Below are positions 1-14,173 of a stretch of DNA of 64,000 nucleotides, piece after piece. Below the pieces are notes generated by a model that was not told the DNA's origin, made no database searches, and worked only from the letters and a program-made list of their open reading frames with translations. The DNA is from Octopus bimaculoides. Its lineage: Eukaryota. Each line of letters starts with the position of its first letter. Position 1 is the stretch's first letter. Made by a program: the position numbers and the translations under genes. The stretch spans positions 18,931,967-18,995,966 of the forward strand of contig NC_068993.1 of NCBI RefSeq assembly GCF_001194135.2, given 5' to 3'.

Positions 1-19
1 ATATATATATATATATAAG

Positions 20-1345
20 CCTTGACAGACAACAGCTCAACGCTTTTATTTCTTTTGTTAACACCTTTCACCCACCCTTGGAATTCCTGCACACCATATC
101 AGATACTTCTCTTTGCTTTCTTGACCTCGCCGTTAAAATACACAAACTCTCCTCTCCACCTCTGTCTACAATAAACCTACTAACGTTCACTCCTACCTTC
201 ACTACTTTTCTTCTAATCCCAAACATAAAATCTGTTATATTTTTCTCTCAATTTCTTCGCCTTCGACAACTTTGCAGCATCGGTTCGGATTTCGAATCCT
301 ATTGCAAAACGATGCGACAGTTTTTTTCTAAATCGAGGGTATCCTCCATCGGTCGTCAACTCGGCACTCCACCGATCCCAAGCCATCAACCACACCGCAG
401 CTCTCCTACCATCTTCACGCACATCCACCAACCGTATCCCACTCTATCTCACTTACAACCCGTCCACCCTCTCTCTAAAACACAAACTCACCCACAACTT
501 TTGCATTCTTCTTTCTGACCCAACAACCGCCCCTATCTTTTCCACACTACCTCTCCTGTCTTAAAAAAGATAGGAATCTTAGAAATCTCCTTGTTAGAAG
601 CTTCACAGCTCCCAGTTCCACACAAGCAGGAACCTTTAAATGTTCTCGACGACGATGTAACATATGTCTCTACATCAACAATATTACCACCACCACGGGG
701 CCCAAGAAACAATATCGCATAATACACCACTTCTGTTGCACTTCGGCGAATCTCATATATTGCATTGTTTACAAACTCTGCGGTGCTCTTTACATTGGAG
801 AAACAGGGCGACGCCTTGGGGATCGTTTTCACGAACACATTAGAAGCATAATGCTTCGTATGCTTGGCCAACCTAACGCCATCCACGTCAGCACTGTAAA
901 TCATTCTATTGCAGATTTGTCAGTGTGTGGTATGGCCTTGTACCACGAATCCCTCTTCTCTAGGAAACGAAAGGAGCAACGTCTCATATTTGATCTTGGC
1001 ACTATATCCCCAACAGGTATGAATGAACGTTTTTCCTTTCATCCTTTCGCCTCCTCTTAATTCTTCTTTACCCTTTTTAATCCTCCTCTCACACACTCTC
1101 TCCCGTATTTACTTACCTCTACTCTCTCCATCACCCTTTTCCTTCTCCTTTCTGCACGCTCTCTCCTATAACTTCTGTTTCACGTGAGCAGCCCGCGTTA
1201 TTCTGCGTCCATTATCAGTTGCAGCCAGTTTTTCAAGCTGAGAGGATATAAACTCTGACTTTTTTCTCCTTTTCTTCTCTTTTTCTCTGCCCCCTGACGA
1301 AGGACTGCAACTGAAACGTTGGATATTCCACTCCTCACGGCAAGT
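20..1345 (+). mobile_element. Penelope-like retroelement remnant (RT C-terminus, GIY-YIG endonuclease, 3' terminal region), frameshifted
   Basis: Translations include FISFVNTFHPPLEFLHTISDTSLCFLDL, FSQFLRLRQLCS..DFE, and NLIYCIVYKLCGALYIGETGRRLGDRFHEH (GIY-YIG). The tail carries CTGACGA...GAAACGTT at 1294-1320. Confidence 0.85.
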
Positions 1346-1576
1346 TCACTGTGCCCTTTTCACTTTATATATATACATACATGTTCATGAACAGACAGTG
1401 CGGAGTAGGAGCACGGACGAGGACGGCATGTGTCACTGAAGAGCTCACAGATGTGTGACGAAAGATTTCCGGACAGAGGATATGAGTTAGAATAAGAACA
1501 GTAATAAACGAGTGGAGAACGAATATATAAAGCGTGTGTTTATTTGGCAAAAAAATGACCATCCCAAAATACAACA

Positions 1577-1594
1577 ATGTGTGTGTATATGTGT

Positions 1595-1687
<93 letters not shown>

Positions 1688-1890
1688 TGTCTGTTTGTCT
1701 TCTCACCACTGTTTGACAACCTGTGCCGGTGGGTTTACGTCGCCGTAATATATCAGTTCAGCAAAACAGATCGATAAAATAAGTACCAATCTTAAAAATT
1801 AAGTCCCGAGGTCGATTCATTCGATTAAAAGCTTTCACTGCCGTGCCCCAGCATGACCGGAGTCTAATGACTGAAACAACTAGAAAATGT
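1577..1890 (+). mobile_element. SINE family A, internal (TG)n plus 3' half
   Basis: (TG)n is followed by the family-A right arm (gacaacc..gccggtgggtttacgtcgccgtaa...ccccagcatgaccgg..atgactgaaacaa), matching the copies at 14174 and 46992. Confidence 0.7.
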
Positions 1891-2399
1891 TTGTCAACAT
1901 CGTTGTAATTTTCCGCATTTAACATACAAGTCTATTATAAAACATTTCGAAATTACATAGGCAAAAACAGCGTTATTGTTATGTCTCAAGTGTTTACTTT
2001 CGCGGGATCAATACATATTCCGTTTATAACAGCTAAGAAACGTAGAAATTTCCTTTCTTTGAAGCAGTTAGACAGCTCCAGTATCTAATCAATTCTCAAC
2101 TGATGTTATTCGATCTCACCACTTCAGGTCAGCAAATTATTCATCAGTTTTTAGAATGGTTATTAAATTATCTTGGACCTTGTAAGGTTATTGCTACAAA
2201 GCAGAAGAAGAAAAAAAAAAAAAAGGTGAAGGGTGAATCGGATGCTTGATTAAAGAGGAACTAAGGATTTAACTAAGAGTAAATTGGGTTAGATTAAACG
2301 ATTTCCTCCTACTACAAAATCAATACCATTTCAATCTCTTCTGACGTTCGTATCTACTATGATATGGGTTTCCTTGCATAGTTACCCATACATACGCAT

Positions 2400-2612
2400 A
2401 TTGATTTCAAATTTTGGCACTAGGCCAGCAACTTAGGGGGAAAGGATAAGTCAATTACATCAACCCAGTATACAACTGGTACTTGTTTTTCGAGTCTAAA
2501 AGGATGAAAGGCAAAGTTGACCTCGGCAGAATTTGAACTCAGAACGTAAAGATGGACGAAATGCCACTAACCATTTTGCCCAGCGTGCTAACGATTGCGC
2601 CAGGTCATCGCC
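2400..2612 (-). mobile_element. SINE family B
   Basis: Reverse complement gives the tRNA-like head, B box (gttcaaattc) and the core gtcaactttgcctttcatcctttt..cgaaaaacaagtaccag. Confidence 0.8.
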
Positions 2613-3030
2613 TTCCCACGCATACACATATTGATGTACATACATACATCAACACGCCACACTCACACACAAACAGACACACTCATTCAGACACCTACAT
2701 ATATACACCTGCCTACCTACTTATCTATATATACGTATATCTATGATTTCCCCGAAGCATCAAAATTTTTCTGCGAAATTAATTTATAATTCCTTGAAAT
2801 TGTCTACCGCTGTTTTGTGAATCAGTAACAGTTGCTGCTAGGCACCAATAGGTTTTTGTTTTCTTTCTCCACTAAGAGGAAAATTTCAGCTCATTTAGAA
2901 ATTTTTAGCGTAAATTTCATCATCTAGCTAATTTACCTAAATTCATACTACTGGCTTACACGATTTATTTCCCATTACATACATACATACATACATATTT
3001 ATGTATATATTGATTTGTTTCTCTGTCTGT

Positions 3031-3076
<46 letters not shown>

Positions 3077-3174
3077 CTTTCTCTTACTGCATAGACATTC
3101 ATATTTGCACACAAACAGACATTTACTTCCCTTTCTAAATTGGTGTTTCTTTAATAATATAAACATTGCAAAGC

Positions 3175-3469
3175 CTCACAGTGGGTGAAATAAGAATGTA
3201 AATACATTCCTTCTATATAGTTGATTTGATGAGAAAAGAGGGAATTAGTCTCCTGACGGACCGTTCTACAGTTGGGGAGGGGGGGGGTCGCTCCCGAGAA
3301 AAGAGTTACCTATCTTTCTTCCCCGCTATATACCATAGAGCAGTTATGTAAAGCAATCGTGAATCAGTCTAGAACTATATTGGTTTATCTAATTTACATA
3401 TTTGCGATTTTTTTCGTACGCATCCATCAATAGCACAGAAAGAACTTATTTTATCTCACCCACAGTGAG
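3175..3469. mobile_element. Possible MITE with short imperfect terminal inverted repeats
   Basis: ctcacagtgggtgaaataag at 3175 vs the reverse complement of the 3469 end, ctcactgtgggtgagataaaataag. Interior is non-coding. Confidence 0.35.
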
Positions 3470-4505
3470 TCTACATAACGCTTAAATTTGCCAAGATTCT
3501 TCTAAGTAATTCTCTCTTGTACTTAAAATAGGTATAGTTGCACTGATGACGAGCCGTTAAATGTGTAAATATGCAAATTAGGATAACTGCTATGGTACTA
3601 ACCTAATTTATGACTGCTTTAGATAGCACCTAGTCTATGCTATTGATTGGGAAAGTAAGCTACCTCTGAGGACTGATTAACAGACAGTGAAACGGTATGT
3701 TAAGTAAGTTCTCTCCTCTTTGTTTTGCACATTTGCAGAGTAGAAAAATGTGTTAACATTCATATTCCAAATATAGTGAACCCTCCGACAGTTAAAATTT
3801 ATGTTAGTTCTTTTGATTTACGCTGCGTTATGCCCGCCCCCTACATTATATGTTATACACACAGCTATCTATTTGCATATCTATCGAAAGCTCTCTATTT
3901 ATGTACGTATTATATGTATATGAATGGGTGTACAAATAGCAGAAAAGAAAATTCAATAGACATAGATGCACCAATTTATTCGTTCAAAGATCATGATTCT
4001 CGCCAACATTACTCCAAGAGTATATGCCTTCGTTCACGTACACACTCACACATGCACAAGCACATACTCACACACACATATATATGCTTGTGTGTGTGTA
4101 AGTGTGAGTGTGTGCATATGCGCATGCGCGTGTGGATGTATATGTGTTTGTGCATAAGTGTAGGATGAGCGTGTGAGCTACGCGTTCGTGCATTTTACCA
4201 TAATGCTATTTCATTTACGTGTGTGAAACATTATTTAGTCAAGATTGCTTATTTACTTGTTTGTTTGTTTACACAAGGAAATGATAATAAGAAAACAATA
4301 CGAAAATGGGGAAAAAAAAAGAAGTAAATGATAAAGAAAAATCATTCACAGATTCGATTTAGTACTGGACAATTATTTGTTCTTCTGATTGAGAGAAAAT
4401 ACTAATTTCCTCTATGATGAGAAATTCAATTGCAATCCATAAATTGTATTGCCAGAACGAAAGAGATAACTACACAATACATACATTATAATATACAAAT
4501 TTACT

Positions 4506-4553
<48 letters not shown>

Positions 4554-5078
4554 AACACATATACATTACCAAACGCACACACATCATGCAGGCATACATA
4601 CTTGCATACATACGTACTTTACATACAATTCAAACTTTTATGGACATGTATTACACACGTACATGCATATTTATGTACACATACACACACACGCACATAC
4701 ACACACGCACATGCACATACATACACACACTCACATATACACATTACACATACTAACAAAATCAAAAGATATATGAATGCGTACATAAATAACATTAACA
4801 AAATAGCATTAACATTGCGCCGAAGAAAAATGTTGTTTGAAAAATAATATATAACTAAATAATGATATGAATTTGTGTTGCAAGATTCATCATGTGAAGT
4901 CATGTGTTGAAACAAATATTGTTCTTCACTCGTTTATTACTGTTTTTATTCAAACTCATGTCCATTATCCGGAACTCGTTCGTGACATACCTGTGATCTC
5001 CTCAGTGACACTTACCGTCTTCGTGAGTACTCTTGCTCTGCTTATTCCATTCTGACCATCCCGAAAGACAATAAATCA

Positions 5079-5178
<100 letters not shown>

Positions 5179-5652
5179 CCTTTCTACTAAAGGCACAAGA
5201 CCTGAAATTTGGGGGAGGAGATAAACGATTAGATCGACCCCAGTGTTTCACTGGTACTTAATTTATACATACATACATACATACATACATACATACACAG
5301 ACATGTACCCTCATCCTCACGTTGTTGTTTTATTCTTGTATTTGTTCTCCGTTTTTTTGGGGGGTGGATTTACTATATATATATAAATATATATATGCTT
5401 ATTGTTCTTTTACAAGAAGTGTTGACAGTGACATCGAAGTTACATTTACACACACACACACGCACACACAAATATAATTGACTTTTATCTTTTACTTATT
5501 TCAGTCATTGTACACGATTCTGCACTGCTGCAATATACCTGTACATGTTTCGTATCGACACTCTTGGTAAATACCCCCCCCCCCTCACACACACACACAC
5601 ACAAGGATATATATCATATATATATATATACATACACACACACACACACGTG

Positions 5653-5684
<32 letters not shown>

Positions 5685-5899
5685 CTATGTATATACCTAC
5701 ACCAACAAACACATACACATACGCACAAATACATATTAATAAGTGATGTCCGAAAACAAAGTAGAATCGATAAAGAAGCCGTTGGCACGAAATGCAAAGA
5801 ATATTATGGAGTTAGCAAGTTCAGAGCAACTAGGAATTTACTTCACTGAAGTGTAGGTCAAGTCTTTTATGCTTGCATGCTTGTATATGCATTATCAGT

Positions 5900-7260
5900 A
5901 CGCCAACTTCCCTTTGAGCCTGAAAACTCTCTAGAAATGTCGATTTTTAAGCATGCTCATTTTCGGTTGTGCTATTAAGTTAGAATGATCAATGAATAAG
6001 GCAGTTAATGTTCTTTCACATCTTAATTACAGACATAATAAATCAATCTTGGAGTACAGACCAAATGAATCTACTTATAGGATCAGTAAATTCGAAAAAC
6101 TCGCCCGAATTATTTCTTTGTTGTGACATATTGAACCTTCGTAGAAGCTTAAATGTAACGTTTTTTCATATTAGTTTTTTGCTCATTAATTGGCTATTTA
6201 AGGTGTTGTTTTGGAATTCAAGTATGAAAACGGAATATTAATTTCAAATAGTAATTCATCATTTTATACTAGATTTTCTCCATGCTCTACTCCCTACATT
6301 CATCCATGAATTTATTGCTCGTATATGACGACTGTGTGTATGTGATGAAAGACAGATGGAGTAGAGAAGGGCGGATTTGGAATGAATTGCGTCGTTCATG
6401 TACAACGTGAAAATAGAATTATCAAATACAACTGCTTTATCAATAAGCATACTTATTACAGCACACTTTGGACTGAGTAGGAAGAGGACTTTTAGAAAGC
6501 TGGGTGCTATACATTTAGGCGAGTAGAAAACCAGTTCATACTTTAATATCACAGGTAAAAAGGGAAGAGTTTACTCCTTTGTAGTAGTTTTCATAGATAA
6601 GTAGGCAGATATCAAAAGAGTTAATATATGAATTTCACAAATAAAAAAATTAGCGAATAGGCATAATCCATTCCAGTCGTGTCTGGAGTTAGCTGCACAG
6701 TGAGTGCAGTATTGTCCAAGGTGTGTACATGTACATGAAGTAGATTGGTGTTAGCGAATAGAATTATATATTGTGTGCATGAAAGAAGAATACTCGATGT
6801 ATGGAGCAGAACATTGATTCCCAACGTAGTGTATACGCCCTACCGGTGGCGCCTGCGAAAATTGTGTGGGGCATGGGATCCAAAGTATTTTCTTTTTCTT
6901 TTTAGTGGGACATGGATTTGTGAAAATCTTTCTTTCTTAGTCAATAATGTATATTTTTTTGGAATAAGTACTTAATAAAAGAGTGTTAAATAATTGTGAT
7001 AAAATATTAAAAATAAGTTTTGTTTTCCAGCAACCAGTGGGGTTTACATTTTTTCTGGAAAGTTATTGTGGGACTTGAAGGAAATACTAATTTTTCACGC
7101 TTGTTGTTACACGAGCAACTCGAACCATTGCCAGTATTTCTACGAATTCGTCCGACTTACTCAGCGTATCAGCCGATGCTCTCTCTTCTCCAGTTCGTTC
7201 GCTATGTCATTTCAAATTGGATTTTATATTTTTGAAGTTCAATGATTTTGGTCAACAATC
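5900..7260 (-). mobile_element. Highly decayed pogo/Tigger-type DDE transposase remnant
   Basis: Minus-strand fragments TGEERASADTLSKSDEFVEIL (cf. GEAASAD..A.EF), LDN and FVKFIY..YLPT occur in the expected order, with many stops and frameshifts. Confidence 0.4.
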
Positions 7261-10200
7261 TCATATTAATGATCGATAGTCAATGACTGATACATCGATC
7301 AAACATTCAATTAGACAAGCTATGTTGCATCTGTCGGTTAATGGTAAAGAATGTGGCCACCAAAGCAGAACAACAGTAATAACACCAAAAAACATTCCTT
7401 CGACATTCAGTTTCTGTGGAGTTGATAATATCGATTTTTCATCCACAAAATAGTGGATATGTGATCGTATAAAAAAAAAACTACCATCATCATCATCGTC
7501 AGCAGCAGCAGCATAATCAGCAGCAGCACCACCATCTTTGTTGTCATCGTTGATGTTCTTGTTTCTGTTGATGTGTAACAACGCTATTGGGGTTGTACTG
7601 GTTTAATTTTTGTCTTCACCGTCCGACTGATATTAGTGTAAACACAAACACGACAACGCCTTTCACAGCAGCAACTCAAATATGGATTGAACACACTCTA
7701 CAAGACAAAGAGGACTTCAGACTGAAATGCAAAGATTGTTTAATTGCACCCAACGTATTCCAAATTCCACAGGCAGAGAAAATATAAACTGAATGAAGAA
7801 CATGGACATGTGAATAATAAAATAAAATGAAATTGAATAGGCGCTGGCATAGCTGTGTTGTTAAGAAGCTCGCTCTGCAACAGTATAGTCTGTAGTAGAA
7901 GACCCTTGCCCAAGGTACTACGCAGCGGAAATGAACTCGAAACCATGTGGTTGGGAAGCAAGCTTCTTACCACAGCAACTCCCCATTCCTATGAATTAGC
8001 CGTTCGGCAAAAATAATTCATAGAATAAATATCAGACTTCAAAAATAAGTACTGGGATGTTTAACGAAACCGTTCAAGGCCGTACCCCAGCATGGCCACA
8101 ATTCACCGACTGAAACCAGTAAAAGATAAACGATGAAAAGTATAAATGAAAAAAAAAAAAAAAAAGGAGGGTCGACAATCCATTCCACATTACAAACGGA
8201 CGCACAGAAAAGGATGCGTAGGGGATGTAAGATTCTACCCAATACGGCAAGACATTATTGTATTGAAATGGCTTTATCTCTCAATAAATCGGAGGTTTGG
8301 AAGATAGCCAGACATATGATTCAGGTTCGTGGAGTTTCCTTGACTGGTCCCTCCAGTTGAGGAATCTTGTTCCATGGCAATCTATTTTTACTGTTTTTTT
8401 TTCGTGTTTGTTTTATATGAACCTTCTACCGTGTTGTATCTTGTTGTTTTTTTTTTTGGTACATTTCCTCTTTACTCTAAGAGTGTCGTGGCAATAATTG
8501 CCTTTCTCCGTTCCCCAAACCCGTTGGCCTTTTGCCAAAATTTGAAACCGTTATCATCATCATCATCATCATCATCACCATCATCATCACCATCATCATC
8601 ATCATCACCATCATCATCATGGTCATGGTCATGGTCATCGTCGTCGTTGTTGTTACATAGCATTATGAAGGAGTATTGGTAGAATGTTAAGTAAATTACC
8701 CCGTAGTCGCTAAGTCCTTTTACGTCCTGAGTTCAAATCGGCCTCTAAGTATCGGTTTCATTTTTCATTCCCGTTGGGTCGATGAAATTGATACCAATAT
8801 ACACTAACGTTGAATTAATCAACTGCACAATGGCTCAAATATTTGGCTCGTTTTCTTTCCTTCTCCCACGACTACAGTTGCTTATTACTACCCCCTACGT
8901 ACCCGTCACAGCATTGCATAACGAAAACAGCAACTCCAGTCTGGTAAAACCTCTTTTACCATAATAAAGTGGACCACACAAACTATAAGAGAAATTAGTA
9001 AGGTAATTGGAAGAATTGCTTTCTTTGAAACATTCTTAAAAGTCCGAAAAGAAACGAGATGCTGTGATGTTAATACCTCTCGTAACAGCAGTGCTGAAGC
9101 GAAGTTATTTCAAAAAGCGATTGAAACGATGTGATGCTAATGTTAAATGGCGCCCGCTATAAAATGTTGGATAATCAGAATAAGCTATAGCAAAGTAGCA
9201 TAAAGTGAGATCCAGATGATATATGAAAATATTGGAAGCACTTATACAACACTACTTTACAAAATACAAAATTGCAATACATTTTGATATACAACATCGT
9301 ATTACAACTTTACACTCCGCTACTTGAACATATTACGTTGCTTTGTATAAAGGAATATTATTCTATCTCCAGACTATATCGTGTGAAAAAATAAAATCTC
9401 ATCTATCTCTATTGAATAAAATTGAATGAATACAGAGAAACTGAGAGAAATACTGCTTTGCTACCACAACGACTACGACCACGACCATCACCTCTAACAC
9501 TGACAAAAGGAAAAAAAAAGCAAATAAAAACAGTACCATTACAGCATTCACCAACACTACAATACCTATCACTCATCAAAACAAGGTATTCCATTATAAG
9601 CAAATATCAATAACGATAACAAAAATAATGCAAATAAAATAAAATACAATAAAAATGAAATCCACCACTCTGCTACTCCCTCCTCATCAGCTGCCATGTT
9701 TCGCATCACAATAATCTCTACCCTCACCACCTTTGACAAGAACTCCAATAAGAAGACATTATGAAAGCCCCACATCATACCTCAAGCAGCAATCATTTCA
9801 CAACATAATCTAATCCACCACCTTCTAATGTCTCCACTAACATCATTCAGCGCCCCAGCTCAAGCACCACCTCCACAACCACTTGTATCATCTGAACACG
9901 CTCAACAGTTCCTAAAGAACCCACAACATTTCATAAAATCTTTTTCTGAAATTCATTTCGTTTCTGAATCACAAAATACAAACCAAAACAACGAGAATAC
10001 ACAAAACAACCAATTATGTAATCTATATCGAATTCCCACTGAAAATAATACCTTCTCTATGGCACCAGATATTTCTATCGACCAATAGCAAGCAATAGAC
10101 TGCAATTTCAAAAATAACCATTCAATGTTGAGTAATGAATAGTCTTCCATAATCAACAGCTACATACATGCTGTATATTCAATTTCGTTTTATTCAATTT

Positions 10201-11199
10201 TATTTTATTTTGAATACATTCTCTAATTTATTTTGAATTTCTTTTTCCTTTTGCAATCATATTTATACACGCTTTACTTTTGTAATGTAGAATAATTGAA
10301 TGAAGATACACATCCCTGCCGATAAACCATTATCTTTCGATCTACCAGCCCATTCACTCATCCAACAATATATGCACACTCACATACAGACACACACGTA
10401 CGCAACCATGAGCAAACGCATCTGTATGTACGTATGCATATATATACACACACATATACATATATGTCTCTGTGTGAGAACGAACGTGATATACTGAAAA
10501 CACGACAGTGTTCGAATTTAAAGATTTTTCATGCAAAATGTTCATCATATTTACTTATTAATCCTTTATGTTTTGTGTGGAACAGTAAGTTTTATTAATT
10601 CTGTTAACGTTTCAAGACCTTCTCGACCTCATAATAAGGATGTAATGTTTATAGACGGCACTTATTGTCGCGTTTTGTAGTAAGAAGTGTAAGAAAAGTA
10701 ATAAAAGTGATAAAAGTGATAAATTCGCCAAAATTCTCATCATTTCTTTACGAAGCACAAGTACAAAAATTAAACCTGAAGAGAATCGTATCTTCAACAC
10801 ATGTTTTAAAGAGATATAGCATTCCTCTTATCCATCTGTCTGTCTGTCTAACTACCTATATATCTTTTTATCTATTTTTGTATGCTCTTCAGTACAATAG
10901 ACGAAGTCATGTTGATTCTGTGAAAAAACATTTATGGATATATACTCCATAAATGTGTACTCCCAAAATGTAATCCTTAGGTGCAATCAGCACGACACGG
11001 TGTGTGACAAGTGACAAAGTTGTACTTAAACCTATGATTTACATGTGCAATCCGTCCGATGGGCTTCATCACAGTTTCCATCCAACCAATTTAATACACA
11101 TTGCTTGAGTCGAAAAGAGGTTATAGTGAAAGATACATATCCCAGAATGCCATGAAGATCTTATTGATTCCGAAGAAAACTTATTAATCATTCGTCATG

Positions 11200-12320
11200 A
11201 ATAACTGAACACTTGTAGAACATCATTTCCAAGAATTCCAACCAGCACGGCTTTCCATAAGTCAAAGGCTATTCAACGTTTATAGTACTTTGGGAGAGGA
11301 CTCAAATAGAGATGTCATATATCTTGAGTTCAGCAAGGTCTTTGAGAGAATTCGACTGTAGGATTCTATTGCCAAACCTGTCCGACCCTAGAATCCAAAA
11401 AGATGACCTGCACTAGGTTAAGGGTTTCTTGGTAAGCATATCTCAATAGGGGATTTTTAAATATCCACTTAAACGCACTGAAATCAATATTGGTGTCCCT
11501 CAACGCACTGTACTGAGCGTACATTTCGATAATTTACAAAAACATATCACAACGATCAACCACTACAAATTAAAGAATGTTTATTGACGAGTTAAAGCTT
11601 CAGAAAATTATAAATGCAGTAACGGAACTAATTAAATCCTAATCCGACCTATATACAGCAAATCGATAGACGAAATAAAACTACATACCGCTAAAAAAAA
11701 AAAAAAAAAAAAAAATTATATCAACCACTTTGGTAAAAAGTATATGCCGAAACAACTGCATATTGTTCTCCCAGGAGAACATCTTATGACGTCTAATAGT
11801 ATTAGATCGTTACTATTAATTGTCGACAAAAAATCCTTGCTGGAACATTTCAATCAGCAATGAAGGCGACGGAATGAACTATAAGATCTTCAGAACTTTC
11901 TTTCTCTGATATCACCATCATTTCTATTCTCTATCTTTGCACAGTCTCATTTAGATATCTAGAGTAATATTCTCTCATACCAAACAAAATATTACGAGAA
12001 TTGAGTCACTACAAAAGATAATTACAAAAACATTATAAATAGTATTCCATGCCTTGGTTATTCGGGTCGTATCTAACACTCAAGCTCTCCATGAACAATT
12101 GATAAAACGTGAATATTGTCCTATTTTCACAATGTACAAAATACACCATTTTGTGAAAACGATGAACTGTGATTTATGGAAGATTTGGTAGATATTTCTA
12201 GCTGTTTAAAGGACCACATGAGGGTTCCCTCGCTTCTTTTCTTGAATCAATGCTGCTGTTTACTTCGAGGTCATCCTTAATGAAGTAAACGGATGACCAA
12301 ATGCATTCTAACCCTGACCA
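11200..12320 (+). mobile_element. CR1-clade LINE reverse transcriptase remnant
   Basis: Degenerate motifs in order: NQHGF, DVIYLEFSKVFE (cf. YLDFSKAFD), IGVPQRTVL (cf. SGVPQGTVL), RIESLQK (cf. LE.IQRR). Confidence 0.7.
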
Positions 12321-12852
12321 ATTCGTCTTTTTTTCATACAATTTTAAATGGGGATACACAGCAGAATCTACTTCCTTTTTTTTAACACAGTATGGTACGA
12401 CAAGAAGATTCTGCTGTTATTTCTAGCAGCCAAAGTGACCACATAAAGACTCCTCTCTAACACTGATGTTATCGTTTTGCTCTATGTTAGCAGTGTTTAA
12501 GGAAACCTATAATCAAAAGCACTACAACCGTGATTATCTCATTCTTAATATTTTTTCTATTTGATCATATAAGACGTAGGATTACATTTCTCACTGCACC
12601 ATTATTTTGGACAGTTGAAAATTGAGGGAGATTTACCTGCTATTTCTAACGAGCTGAGTCGCTAATCAATATTGTTGTTTCTTAGCCGCAGGTCATCTCT
12701 GTTGTTTAAACACACGTTTGATCAACGGTTAACCTGACAAGACCAGCACGCCTTTATTTTTCAGACGATGTGTTTGAGATGTCTAGGGCAATCTTGATTG
12801 TAATGGCGTTGGAAGTCATCATTATTATGATGCCGATGATGATTATTACTGT

Positions 12853-13226
12853 TGTTGTTGGCACTCCGTCGCTTACGACGTCGAGGGTTCCAGTTGATCC
12901 GATCAACGGAACAGCCTGCTCGTGAAATTAACGTACAAGTGGCTGAGCACTCCACAGACACACGTGTACCCTTAACGTAGTTCTCGGGGATATTCAGCGT
13001 GACACAGTGTGACAAGGCTGGCTCTGATGAATTACAGGTACAACAGAAACAGGAAGTAAGAGTGAGAGAAAGTTGTGGTGAAAGAGTACAGCAGGGTTTG
13101 CCACCACCCTCTGCCGGAGCCTCGTGGAGCTTTTAGGTGTTTTCGCTCAATAAACACTGGGAATAGAAACCGCGATCCTATGACCGCGAGTCCGTTGTCC
13201 TAACCACTGGGCCATTGCGCCTCCAC
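12853..13226 (-). mobile_element. SINE family C, near full length, with 12-bp TSD
   Basis: tRNA-like head ggaggcgcaatggcccagtggttagg and (CAA)n tail. TSD gattattactgt at 12841-12852 and 13227-13238. Confidence 0.9.
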
Positions 13227-14173
13227 GATTATTACTGTAACGCCAACGATAAAGGTGTTAATGGTGGTGTAGACAATTATAAAGATGGCGACGACGACGA
13301 CGACGACGACGATGACGAAAATGCAGGTGACAACGTCAACATAAGGTGTTTTTGATGACAGCTATGTATATTTTTGAATTTATTTTATAATATATATGTG
13401 TTTCAAACAGAAATATTTGTCGGCGCTATTAATAGTTTTATTATATAGTTGTAACGAACTGTATCAATATTGATCTGAGGATCATCACGTAACAGCTATT
13501 AGTGATTGCTGCTGTTGTTGTACTTGAATTTGCTGTTGCTGTCGTGTCGTTGTTGTTACTGCTGTTGCTTTGTTGTTATTGAATTTGTTGTTTGGTGTTA
13601 TAGTTGGTGTTGTGACCTTTATTGCCGCGGCTGTTGTTGCTACTGCTACAGTTATTGTCAATATCACGATAATTTTATAGTTGCAATTGATGTTGTCCTC
13701 CTTGATGTTCTTATTGATGTTACTGTCATTACTTTTGATAACCTGTTGTCATTCTCCTAAGTGTTAATATCGCTTTTGCTGTTATTGTCATATTTGTTGT
13801 CAATGACGTTGATCTCATCGTTGACTAAAATAATTAAAACATAAAACTGCATTTTACTCGGAGAAAATGTATCTTGGATTACACCACTCAAAGATTTTTT
13901 TAAGAGACACAATGTGATATGAGGGTGATTTGGTCCCTATTTCTTGCACATCGTATGGTATAACAGAAACTCCCCCGTTGATGTTACTGGTATTAGTGGT
14001 AGTTGTGGTGAAGATGTTAGTAGTGGCAAAGGTGATGTTAGAAGTGATCTTGGCTGGTATTCGCAGCGGTAATTTTTAATGGTGGTATTAATGGTAATAG
14101 ATCTGGTGGTAGTTGTAGTGGTTGTGCTATTTCTGTAAATATATTCTGAATTTTATTGTTATTGTTGATAATA

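Noticed and set aside
2613-2620. CSL/Su(H)-type site (ttcccacg, i.e. CGTGGGAA on the minus strand) in a Notch-pathway locus
   Set aside because: A single 8-mer at a SINE junction; about one is expected by chance in 64 kb.
6600-6745. Minus-strand peptide ..HDWNGLCLFANFFICE resembling a C-type lectin end
   Set aside because: In-frame stop just upstream, no usable splice sites, wrong WN-C spacing, and it lies within the probable pogo remnant.
7155-7160. Perfect GTAAGT donors on the minus strand here and at ~52396-52401
   Set aside because: Both fall inside transposon remnants (pogo fragment; foldback MITE arm).
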